A DNA stretch of 63,263 nt, counting the filler, from Sphacelaria rigidula (lineage: Eukaryota): NCBI GenBank assembly GCA_964200075.2. It is 4 parts of 4 records of this genome, joined end to end, with 100 filler letters (N's around TTAATTAATTAA, not from the genome) between each part and the next. Parts side by side here need not be neighbours in the genome. Positions count along the whole stretch, not along the records: positions 15,844 to 31,586 come from CAXNAA020001615.1; positions 31,687 to 47,428 come from CAXNAA020001616.1; 2 more parts are not named here. One strand, given 5' to 3'. The translations under genes and the position numbers were made by a program. This document shows, one piece after another, positions 28,201 through 40,800 of the stretch. The notes under the pieces were generated by a model, which had not been told where the DNA came from, made no database searches, and saw only the letters and a program-made list of their open reading frames with translations. Positions within the stretch are counted from its first letter, which is position 1, and every line of letters begins with the position of its first letter.

Positions 28201-30054
28201 GACAATCCAAAGCTTAAGAGATAGCTCGTTCTATCGTGGTTGGGTTACTGAACTTACGTCTACGGGTTACTGAAAACATCTACGGGTAAAAAGGTATTTG
28301 TGAAATTGAGAGTAGAGCGCTGATTGAGGGTGCCTTTGATCATTCGCTTCAACTCAGCCAACTTTTCATTCCGTGTGTGGTTCTCTTTGCCTCCATCACT
28401 ATAGTGTGTTTTTACAGCTACGCGTCGATATCCTACTAAGGGATATCGAGGGTCTCAGTGGCGAGCTACTATAGAAAGGATATCGGGCGTCGTTCTGGAG
28501 CATTTCGGAAGTGAAACGATTCATTCAGTATTTGACCGCTTTTCACTCTCAATCGTATCCTCTACTCTCACTCTCACGAAAACATTGTTGGGTACAAGAC
28601 ACGATTGTGATATGTGACAGCATCATGACCAATCGTTGCCGGTTCTTCCCAGTCACACCAACGTGGTCGGGATCGCTCCTAAATGATAGCGAGAACCTTC
28701 ATGAGCATCAAAATGATTTTTCCAATTTCACGAATTTCACGAAGTGAAAATGATTTTTGTCCCGGGTAAAAATCGGAATACCCGTTTTTTTGCGACTCAA
28801 TTTACGACTTGATTTTTGCGACTTTTTTTTGCTAGATTCTATTGATATAGGGTGTTTGGCGGAAACTTCGTCAAACAGAAACCAAACGCATCTTGCTCCG
28901 AGGGGCACCTGGACACACAGCAGTTGCTGCTGCCCCACCTAGTATCGTCCTCCAAACCGAAGCCTTTAGTGAGAACGCCCAACGTGCAGCTGCTTGACGC
29001 TACCACAGCGTTTTGCCATAGATCCTTCCCCACGTACCAGACCGGGGGGCAACATCCCCGTATAGACATTACCAATGCTAGTGGATCCTACGTCCTGACA
29101 GTCTGGCAGCCGGCAAGGTGGTTATGGTGATATCCTTCTAGCGATATCAACTTACAGTGCACTGGAGCAGAGTTCGCAGGTGGATATTTCAGCGATTGCC
29201 TCACGTGCAGTTCGCCCAGCGACCGTTAGGTTGAATTACACAACATAGAATGTATTGCCGATTGTAATTTGTATAATACAGCACGAGTAGTATTCGTACT
29301 TCAACCCGGTAACTGCAGCGCTACACTTCGCGACAACAGTGTGTAAAAATCTCCCCCGATGTGAAATGGTGCGGTGCAGGCGACTTTCGCGCCATGGCGG
29401 CTGTGTAACCATACAGCTTCGCCCAAGATACAGGCAGCCATTACAGCGGCGGAGGCGGCCTTTCACTCCTGCGTGCGCCACCTGGGGCAAACGCATGCTG
29501 TAGCTCCAACATGGGCTACTGTACAAAATGTGGCGTAGCGATATAACGCGTAGCGAGGGGTGATGTCCTGTGTACACGTTGGCCGCAGATACACGCGGTT
29601 GCATTCATGATGTGGCGAACGGCATAGGTCACCGCGAGATCAATGCAGGGCAGTAGGGATAGGCTAAGGATGCGACGTTCTGCGGTGTGCTTTGTCACGC
29701 TGCACCCTGCCGCTGTGCAGTGAGCAGGTAGTACCGACGCGCAGTGTCGACAGCACCCAAGCAGCATATCTTGAATACATTGATATATGTCCCAAGACCG
29801 ATGCGCACACACACAGCAACTACAGAGCGGGACAGATATCGAGAAACTCTTCTTTGGAGCGAGTCTCCGGCGTCTTATTTTGTCTCCGATCTCAGCATAA
29901 ATGCTCAATTCCCAATTCTCATTATTCGAAGAGGTGGAAACTGCCAGAAGCATAGGAGTAGGGGGCATCCAAGATGTCCCCTGCTCTTATCCTTTGTCAA
30001 ACGGGACTGCAGGTACAGTACTGTACCGTGTGCCAGCAGTAGGCGGTACGTAAA

Positions 30055-30498
30055 AACAGCCGAACATCAAAATTGAGGATGGCGCTTTTCATTGAAGATG
30101 AGAACCCGGGATATTAAAATCTTCGTATTCACACCAAATTTTCGAAATACGACTCTATTCTTTCACCTACTGGTGGCTATCGACAACTACTGCACGCCCT
30201 TCGAATTCGGATTTCCATCACTGCAATGTTGGGGTCCTAGGTGAAGAAAAATATTTGGGGAGCATAGGTGAATTGATCGGATCGCCGAAATTCCCCCAAA
30301 TTTGTTTTTCATCTAGGACCCCGACATTTCGGTGATGGAAATCCAAATTCGAAGGGCGTTGAGTAGTTGTCGATAGCTGCCAGCAGGTGAAAGCATGGAA
30401 TCGTATTTCGAAAATTTGGTTTGGATATGGAGATTTTCATGTCCTCGGTTCTCATCCTTAATGAAAAGCGCCATCCCAAATTTCGATGATTAGCTGTT
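30055..30498. mobile_element. Foldback-type MITE (about 200-bp inverted arms), 4-bp TSD TAAA
   Basis: AACAGCCGAACATC...GATGATTAGCTGTT; the arms pair along their length. TAAA flanks at 30051-30054 and 30499-30502. Confidence 0.85.
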
Positions 30499-31586
30499 TA
30501 AACCGGTCCTGTTCCGAAAGACAAAATAGGAACATAGATTGCCCTGTCTAGGGTGCTTCCGATTTCAATTCATTTCGGTGTTTGGGAAGTTGCGGTCTCT
30601 AATTTCGGCAGTGAAACCGGAGTGGTCTCGGCTGGGTCCTTCTACTCTAAAATAAAGGTCTGCCCGTTACTTTTTTTGTATTTACACGTGGTATTTATCT
30701 CCTTGCGGTAGGTGATGGAGGGACTGGTGGGCTCGTTTCAGTACCGAAACGCCCAGGTAGTATCATGTAAATGCTTTGTCTTCTGTCTCGTTCGAATCAC
30801 GTGTTGCATGCTAATAATGAAAACGGCCCGTACTCCAGTATGGTTGCGTCCTTACATTCCTTGACGAAAACCACGCTTCCCGCGCCTCGTACACAGTTCA
30901 TGACAACCAGACGGTGGCGTTTATATCATGCATATCCATTTTTGAACTGATACGGTATACCATTTGGTACAACACGCACTATGCGGCAGTGTCAGATGGG
31001 GAAAATCAAATGGCGTACCACACCTCCACGTGCAACAACGATGGACTCGCTGGTATCTCTGCGTGTTTTCGTATAAACCGTGATGAAAAATGAAAAGTAT
31101 CGTGTAAGTCGAAGAGGGGCACTTTCGTACCTCGTGGCTGGGGTGCCACGATACAAACTCTGCCGTGCAGCTGGTCACGGCCAGCACAGCAGGTCCGTAT
31201 ATAAAAACAAACTGGGAGAAAAATCCACACAATTGTTCTGTATTTTATATTATTAGATCACTGAAGGCTCAACACCAGAAAACCAATACACAGATATGCT
31301 CGACGCCAAATATGCTCAATCACCCTGGAAATCAACACACGAAGCTCAACACAACAAACTCACTAACTGCTGAAACCCGTAATATGACGGTGGAAGCAGG
31401 AGTAGAAAAATGGAGCAAGGAGCTGAAGTCGAGGGGAGCAAGGTGGAGAAAGGCGGAGATGGTGGAGTAGGTGGAGTTGATAGAGTGGTGGAGTGGGGCA
31501 AGGGGGTTGCGTATCAACCTTATCAAGCCCATAAAAGCATAACTTCCCATGATCGAAAATACAACTAGCCAACGTACCTCAAACAC

Positions 31587-31686
31587 NNNNNNNNNNNNNN
31601 NNNNNNNNNNNNNNNNNNNNNNNNNNNNNNTTAATTAATTAANNNNNNNNNNNNNNNNNNNNNNNNNNNNNNNNNNNNNNNNNNNN
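31587..31686. other. Artificial contig linker
   Basis: N44-TTAATTAATTAA-N44. Confidence 0.97.
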
Positions 31687-31831
31687 CCTACGCTCGTCTT
31701 GCCCTTTGTTGAAATCAGCCCAGGGCACCCCTCAGCACGTCCCCTCCCCTCCCCCCCTCTTGTACCCCCCCCCCCCCCCCCCCCCGCGTCCCTGAAATAT
31801 ACTTCCGGGTCATTATTGGCTTCGATCATCG

Positions 31832-34800
31832 CTAGTAGTAGCGGCTGTGTCCAGGGAGCCCGCGCGGAATGATTTCGGGAACATCACGCGCCACCTCAAC
31901 CCACGTAATATCATCGACGACGCGATACACCATCAGCCCTAGCTGTTGAGCACGTTCCGGCATTGCCCAGACCCAAGCTTTAATGAACCGGGCCTGGCAG
32001 GTTTGGGTGGCGCATGGGACGGGGGAGGAGATGAAGAAGCTCGGTAAAATTGTCTCATGGAACACGGTGCACACTCAGGACCCAAACATCAGGTGGGTTT
32101 GAAATTCGAGACTCCTGCAATTGCTACCTCTTCATGTATAAAGGACTGGGTGCATCCAGGCTAATCGTTGGCATACGTACGCATTTTACAGCGTTCGTCT
32201 CTAGATGGTGGTAAGTTGTGAATGTGTTGGACGAGGTGTACTCTGCGTAAATTGACCTGACAACCACTCGTTGTTGCATTGTGTGATCATTGCAACCCGC
32301 GCATCCAAACCCGGCGGCATCCGTCTTTGTAATCCGGTTACCGTTGCACACACTCTATGGACGCTCCAAGATGCGGTTATTGCCCACCAGCGACCACCCG
32401 TGATTTTTTCAACCATTTGGGGGACTGTTTGTCGAGATGGCTTGTTGGCAGCGACAGGCCGCATGCGATCCGAGCGAAGTACCAAATCTATGAACCCAAG
32501 CACCTACGTTTGTTGCACGGTTTGCCCCGTCAGCGAGGAGCAAGTGCCACCGTTGTTGGTCTGGTCCTCCTGGAAACGGGGGGACATGCTTTCGTTCGGG
32601 GAATAGTTATCACCCATGTTTCACTGCGGAACATAACGATTAAGGAGAAGAACCTTTTTCATTTGAAGGAACTTTATTTCTAATCGTTTGTTTTTTTCCG
32701 TCTCCAGCCGTACTGTTGTCCGTGCCTCGCTCCTGTGTAACCGGCGAGAAACAAACGTGTCCAAGTTGTGTGAGCCCCAGGTAGGTGAGTCACAACCCTT
32801 TCCCACGTCCTCCGTACCTCGTGCCATACACTAGGGTGCTGTCCGGGTTCTAACGGCGCTTGTACCCGATCTTAGGCGGGGGGTTTTCGCGTTACTCCCT
32901 TCCATTTTCAATTGACCTTGCTCATTGTTTTCTTGATCTTTCTCTTCGTCGAGTGTAGTTCAATCGAGTGCTTCAGTCTGTTCTTCCTCAGTGCGTCCAA
33001 GTCGTGAAAGTTGTGTGTATATATGTATGGAATCAGTTAATCCTCTATCATCAACAAATCATTAATTAGCGGAAAGACATGTTTATCCACATGGGGATGC
33101 AAGTTGCCAAAACGAACTATGGTTCTTCGCATCTCAAGGAAGTGAATTCGGGCTGCAGATACACACGCAGAGGTGGTCGAAATATGAATATTGACTCAAC
33201 ATTCAGTCAAAGCTCGGCGATACAACAGTGATCCAAGTACGAGTGAAGCATGCACCCCTTACCCTCTGGCCACGGATGCGGAGCGTCATCATGACCCATC
33301 CTAGAAGATCCGACATGTCCGAATTTGAGGTGGTGTCCCAGACCTTCCTCACCAAGTTCTTGCTCGTGCTGATGGGTAAGTACTACGCAAAGGTTCCACG
33401 CAAAAAGAGGCAAGGTAAAAGCAGAAACGTGCAGTGCAACGGCACACAAAATAATCATCGTTAAAGGGTAGAGGGACGAGGGGCACATCTGCTTGTTTTG
33501 GTTTTACTACAACATGTCCGCAACACATGTTAACACTCCCAATTACCCGCGCCGCGTGTAAGGCAGTTGAGAGTCCGACAGACGGTGTCGTCCCTGCCGC
33601 ATCTGATTACCTGTCCACAAACTGTCAACACAGGCATTGTCGAGGGAGATAAGAGGCATGGTTTTCGTGGAGCATGCTCGGTACACTACGCTTGTTTACT
33701 TGACTCCCCTTCCGGGCGTATTGCTGGGGTGCGTTCAAGTATCTATCGCATTTGGCTGTGGGACTACTGTCCGCTCCGCTTGATATATACTCCTTGTCAC
33801 TAAATGAAATGAAAATGATGACCTGATGGCCAAAAGTCGCTGAACATATAGAGGCATTGATATCATTGCTTTCAAAACATGATGACAGCGACACAGATAC
33901 AGTGGACAGCCCTGACTTTGCCCATGCAAGGCGTTTGTTGCTTGCGCGCGTTGACACGGTGGCATGCCACCTGTACGACCGGAGACTCAGTGGTGAAATG
34001 CATTAAATTGATGGAATCCTACGCATCTGCATTTCAAGTCAGTAGATACTGATTTCTGCATGCAAAACGAGACAGCCTACCTTGCGGGCAACGGGGGCGG
34101 CAAACGCCAGCTCTTCCTCGTCCAGGGCGTCAATCAGCTCTGCACCAAAGTCTTGAAGGTCTGCTCTCAACCGCCCCAGTACATCGGCGCGGATAGACTC
34201 GTTCTCGCGCTCATCGCCGCTGAAGTTGCCACGACCAAACACCGCACATTCAAAGCGTAATTCTTTTTCTAGACTAGGGGAAACGATATAACAGTTAAAA
34301 CAGGAGAGGTCTGGGATCCTGCGCCCCAACTCTATCGCATAAGCCACGTACAACAGGCAGATCTTACTGCTTCACCTCACGCTGGCGCCTTGTTTACTCC
34401 GTCCTTTGCCCCTTACGACTACGGGCTGTGACGCGGACCTTACCTCCCCCCCTCATGGTCGGTAAGGGCGTTGATCGCTTTCTGCACCGATGACATGAGC
34501 TCCTCACGCTCCTCACGCTTCTTGACCGCCTCATCTGTCTGTATAAGCAAGAGAGTGTTCGTTGAAGGAAGCGCATGAAAGAATGATGATCTCGACACGC
34601 TAACATATACAAGAAACGTATGGAAGAACTCGCCACTAGTGGTAGCAGCGGCCGCGAGCGGGCGCGCGCTGCTAGAGGATGGAGCTTTGTATTGTCGTGC
34701 AATCTCCATCTGAAATATCACATTCATACAGGGTATGAACATCCGTCTGGGACATTCACGTCCACTCTAGGACGTTGATATTCCGCTGGGACGCCCATCT

Positions 34801-37800
34801 GAGAGATCCGAAATAGATGCATGTATGCCACATGGATGTGCCTTGGGTGATATCCAAATCCCAGGTGTATATCGTCGATGTATCTGAGATCGCACTTTGA
34901 TACCGACCAGAATGTGATACAGGAGAAGATGGACGTTCATCTCTGGTGTTAATATTTCAGGCTGAGGTTGGACTATAGTGCGAGTGCTGGGCAAGAGAGG
35001 GAACCCCTCGTGCTTCACGTTCTCACAGTCATGCCAAACCTTTGCGAACTCGTTTCGGCGCGTATGACAAAAAATACATTCCCCGATGAAGATTGACATG
35101 TGAATTTGTGTTGATGACCGAATACTCCACGCCAGCTCCCTCGGAACACAAGAAGCGGCGTGGCGACTCCGAACTCTGTGTGACTGAACCAACAACCCAA
35201 ACTATCCTGTTTCTCCCACTCGCCGCCATCCAGAACTGAGAATGGCACACAGTGAAGCCATAGCTGTCCCGAAACCTCACAGTACGTGACTCTGCATCGA
35301 CAGGTGTGCACTGCAAATATCGCTCCAACATAGGACACTTGACCTGCTCATTGAATCGTCGACCAACATACAGACCAGATTTGAGTACCTGTCCAGGGAA
35401 AATGGACTCCAGCTCGGGAAATATCACTTGTTCCTTGCCGTTCGTGTTCACCCCGTGCGCCTTACTGACGGCGGACCAGGCGGTGGCGAGTGTGCGTACG
35501 GTGGAAACGTCGGCCAAACCGGGCTTCGTGGCCGCTGCAAGCTTCTCGAGCTTGGGGACGGCCTCGCGGAACGCCTGTGAACGGCAAGCAATTTTTCAAC
35601 ACGGGATGCGTTTTTTTCCGGGCTCATTGTGCACATCAAGCGATCCCGCACTCATCTCTCGCCGAAGCAGAGTATCCCTGGAACCCCCGTCCGCAGTACA
35701 GTTACAAAAAGATACAACGTATTCATGAACGCCCCAAGTGATATACAGCCACCTCTTCCGCACTCGCCTCGTGGATCATCTCTGCAAAGATCAGCGGGGA
35801 CCACCTCGGCATTGGGGTGAATATGCTCCTGGCCTTCAGCGCACCCAGCGTGGCGAGAAGATTCACGGCGTTTACCACGCAGGCTGATGTCAGCACAACT
35901 ATGTAGATTACCTGTTCGTTTTTTTCAATTTTCCGTAAAAAGTGTACAAGACATTAACCCTTTTGCACCTGGGGATGGAAAATTGATGATTTTTAAGTGA
36001 TGGTACTTGAACAAGATGTGATCGATTATTCACAGTACACTCCGCGCATACCCGCCATCTGATGATGCAGCCCAACGAAACGGTGCTTCACCTATATACC
36101 ATTTCCGATATACGTATTTGCCGAGTCGGAGCCCGGAACCCCTTGCTGGTTTTAACGGCGAGTTCCATAGCAGCTTTGGGGGTATGTGTCAATATATACA
36201 ATCTGACACACTTTGCCCGTGACGTTGTGTGATTGAATAAACGTTACTCGACCTCTCTGAAGTAGACAATTTGTGTGCACACGTGGCGTGTGCTGATGAA
36301 TTCTTCTGTGGTCTTTCACAGTAATATGGTTGGCGTCGGGCTCTTCTCTTGAAATAGTTCCTTCTTCGTCAGGGCTTGGCGTAAGGAGGCGTCTGGCGTG
36401 GGGACGAGAGGGAAGGGCTCCAAAATCTGCTAGAGTCGCAAACGCGAAGCTGTTTAGGAGGTCGTGGTTGGAGCGTTTGGAAGCAACGGGGAGAGAACAC
36501 CATCGGCGCGATCAATACCACAGATGGTCCAGTCATGACATGCGTCTTCCGACGCGCACCCTTGTGGCAGCATCGGTGACCTCCAGGAAACGTATCGCAC
36601 GAGTAAGGAAGCCCCACGCGCACAAGACGAGACAGTACATATATATATATATATATATATATTCACAACTCTATCTGTCGTTCTGTCGCACCTTTATGGC
36701 TTCGTGACCGGATCCTTTGTAGGCCAGTACAGACGCGGCCGCGAGAGCGTCAAGGGGGAACGCGAACGCCCAGTTGGACATATTAAATCCCCCCTCCAGG
36801 AAGAAGTTCAGCGGCCAGGTCAGGACCCCCAAGACTGCGGCTAGCGACAAAGCCGGGTCTGCCAGACGGTGAAACATACAGCATGTGCCACCATCGGGAA
36901 ATGATGAAAGACAAATATAAATGAGAGTTCTAACCGCCAGCTGGCAAGACAACAATTTTAGGTTTTGTGCATCCATGCGAAAACGACTCGCGGGGTTTCA
37001 CTGTCACCGACGTTTAGACACAAATACAGGCTGGATCGCAAGATTCCGTCCGTTTTCTTTCCCGTCTTTGAGTGCAATGGTGTATCCCCCGGTGAGAAAA
37101 TAGATCTTCGTGCATACACAGCCCCAAAAACCAAACAGCGAACTTGATCGCGTCTTCAGCACGAACAACCTCTCCACGAGCTCTCCGATGACTCACAGTA
37201 TAGCACCCGCTGCAAAGAGTCGAAAGTCGGCACACTCTCCAGGTGTTGATAGGCCAGCATCGCCATAGCGGGAGGCGCCACCCAGATGGCGAAGAGGTTC
37301 CGAGTTCGGACGTCGCTGTGGTGGTCCGAGATGGCCTGAGCGGCCGCGACGGTGAGACAAAAAAATGCAAACATACTGCAATAAGAAATTGTAGATATCT
37401 CATTTCATCTCACCATACATCACAATGCCTTGGAGTGCAGTGAACCTCATGTAAGTTCGTGACCGGGAGGCACGGCGTAGCGAGAAATGTCGCGATTAAT
37501 ACCGAGTCGGAGTTTTAACACCGCGGGCCCGACGTGTCGGGAGGACAGCGACACGACGACGACGCAGAGTGCCCCGGAAAGGAGGAGAGATTGGATTTCG
37601 AAACTTAAGTACCTCGTCTAGGAGTCATCGTCGCAACTGGTACCTGCAAGTACCGAGCATCAGTTCGTCGTTGCAATCATGGCGACGTGGTAGGCACTGG
37701 CACTCCTTGAGAAAACACTGGCATCCACTCTTCTTCACCGCAATAAACGTGCGAGAATGACCCCTAGACGAGTTACCGGCGTCCTTCCTCTCCTACGTTT

Positions 37801-40800
37801 CGGGGCACACTGTGTCGGCGTCGTGTCGCCCCAGTCACCCCGCTTGGCTCCGCTACCCCTGGTCACATGCAACGCGCCTGCGGTGTGCTGGGGACGCGGG
37901 TCCCGCTCTCATTAAGTCCGACAGATCTTCCCAACACGTTGGTCCCGAGGTGTTCAAACTTCGATGCAGCCCAAAAATAACGCAGTCTCAACACGCATGA
38001 TAAAAGTCCGTCGCAGAATGATCGTCTCGGACTCACTTTTTTGGCACAGTACGTTGCATGCTTAAGCTCTGTAAAACAAGAAGGTGCGGAAGGATTCGCA
38101 AATTACGATTTCGTACCCGTTCCATATCAGATTTCCGTTGGGAAAACATGGGACTTACTCAGATTTTTAGCAAGAAACATTTTGTTCACATACACGAAGC
38201 CACGGAAGTGAATTCAGCTTTCGATCATCATCGCCTCTGCCGCATGACGGCCTACCTTGATGAAGGTGATCGGCCAGAGGGCCAGCCAGAGCATCATGCC
38301 GGTGCCGAAGAGGAACCACCCCAACTCGTAGTAGTCCGGGTTGACTGTTTTGGCAGTGGCGGCCCCAAGCAAGTTCGAGACGGGCACGATCATCCAGCTT
38401 GGCTGAATATGTTCTGGATCTACGGGCGAGGCAACCCAGCTGCGAGGGTTTGGACAGTTCAAGGGATGGAGGAATGGTTGTAGAGGTGCGAACATTTAGC
38501 CCAACTGTTTTGGACAGTGCTCCCACCCACTGTGAGCATGTCGGGTGCGGTGCTGAATATACACGCGCCGACGGAGTTCCCTCGTGGGTGGTAGGCTACA
38601 GTAGGTGCCTTTTCGTAACCGATGAGAGTTGCTGGATATTTGATAAGGTGATTCTCCAACTCAGCACCCTGATTGAAGTAGAAATTCTCCGGGGTGTCAA
38701 AAGAAATGACACGCGGGTCCTCTCCACCGGGAACGATGGCTGTTGATTTTATCGTGAACAGGTATCGAGTTACAGATACATCACTTGTCTTGGCCATGAG
38801 GTGATGGGGTTGGCTCTTTGTTTTGTAGCATGCCGGGGCATATTACGTCGCATGCGCCGCCCCCGCACCAGCGAGCGATGTGCGCCATTGGATGTACGAA
38901 AATCAATAATCTGGGGGCAAGAAAAGCAGGGAGAATGTAGGGTGAAAAGCATTGCATGAAACATGAACATTTCAACTTGTCACGAAGATCGGTTCCACAT
39001 CTAACCGTATTCAAGTTGACAGCATACGGGTCACTGACACGCGTCAAAAACGACCCAAAACCATCAAAAGGAGGAGCCCAGGCCAACACCACGAATGCGG
39101 ATGCCGCCATACCTCAAAATCATTCATGTTCTCCTCTGACTTGAGGGGATCCTAACACCAAGAACCTTCACTCCCTAGGGCAATCTCCGAGGAAATATTC
39201 CTCGAATGTAAATCATTCAGAGCTCGCCTGGCAATCGCGAACCAGGTCAGCATCGTTAGGGGAATGGTCCCCACCCAGAAGAGTACCCTGGAGAGAGTGA
39301 TGGTGTTGACGGGGTCGGTCCAGTTAGCTGTGAGTCGTGCTAGGACGACGAAGACCAGAAACGGAAGCGCACAGGTGCTACGATGCAGCGGGTGATTGAA
39401 CTCCTTTCGAATCTGTAACGCAATGCAGGTATTGACGGCGTCCGCGCGAGAAGAATGCCAAACTCACCAGGTATATGCATTTTTATTCCCTCGATCTACT
39501 CCAACCCCACAGGACCCGACAGAGTGTTAGCCCTCGAGTCCTTCGTTGCATGCTGCTGCCTACATCTTTCGTGAGGAAATTGGACGGGGACGACCCCTGC
39601 AAAGCCGTCTAACGCGGCAGCTAGCACGCTGAACAAAGCGAAACGGAACAAGAGATGAGGGGCGATCATAGCCTCATGGGGCACTTATTGCCACCGGAAG
39701 ACCCGTTTGTCACCCATCTTATTTCGCACTTGTGAAGCGTATCTGTCATCAGCGGGTTCGCGGAATACACACGCGACATCCCAAGCGTTTTGCGTAATAC
39801 ACTGTAGGGCACATGAACCTGGGAAACGCGTAGCTCAAAGGGTTCGCACGTGCACGGGGTTCCACGAACCAACCCTCGTTTTCCATATGAAACTCTGACG
39901 TCACTCCAGCTGCGAACGGCGTATATATGCTCACGCTTGGTAATCTACGCGTGTCAACGATACCTTTGAAGGGTAGAGGATGCACTTGGCCACGAGCAGG
40001 GCTAACAAGATGCCTTGCAAAACCGCCCCAGAGTAGGCAAGCGTCTGAAACCACGGGAATTTTGGGGGAGAACGGCGACATGAGCGTCACATGTTAGAAC
40101 TGCAGCAGGGCTTGTGAAAGGTTCTCGTTCTGTGTTTACACATCATTCGCGTGTCGCCGCAAGACCTTCAGTTGGGGTCGCAAAACGAGGACTCCAGCGG
40201 CCTGGAACATGACCAAAAAGCAAAGGAGCAAGAAAGTACCTCAACACAGGAGTAGGCATGAAGCACATTTGAGAAGAAACTGTATCAAGAGTAGGGGAAC
40301 CAAAATCAGTGCTCGAGAACAAGAGGAAGAACAAGAGGGAGCCATGATCCCCCGGGGAAGGGAAAACGTGCCGAGACGACGGGTCGCCCAGGACTACCAG
40401 ATGGTGTCAGGACCGCGAGTACTAAACAAGTCGCACAAGCAACCCTGCAAGAAACTGAAAGCCGCGCAAAATGAAAAATATTCGGACGCGAGTTGCTTCC
40501 GTTCCAACACTGGAGACAGCAAAGAGGGTGAACAATTTCCCGTCATTTATTTGAGCTAATGACAGGAGAGTGACGGTTGCTGCCAGCCCTCTATTTTTAT
40601 ATGTCGCCAGGGATACGCGCGTACCTTCCACACCACTTCAGTTGTACCCGCAGTGACCCAGAGACCTTTCCAGGGGAGACTGAGCCCAGTCACGGACAGA
40701 GGAACCATGAAGTAGGCCATGTGAAGGTCTACCTCAGGGACCAGCCAAGCACGCACACAGCGTCGCGACACACACGGCGTTAGAGGGAAATTCAAACGTA

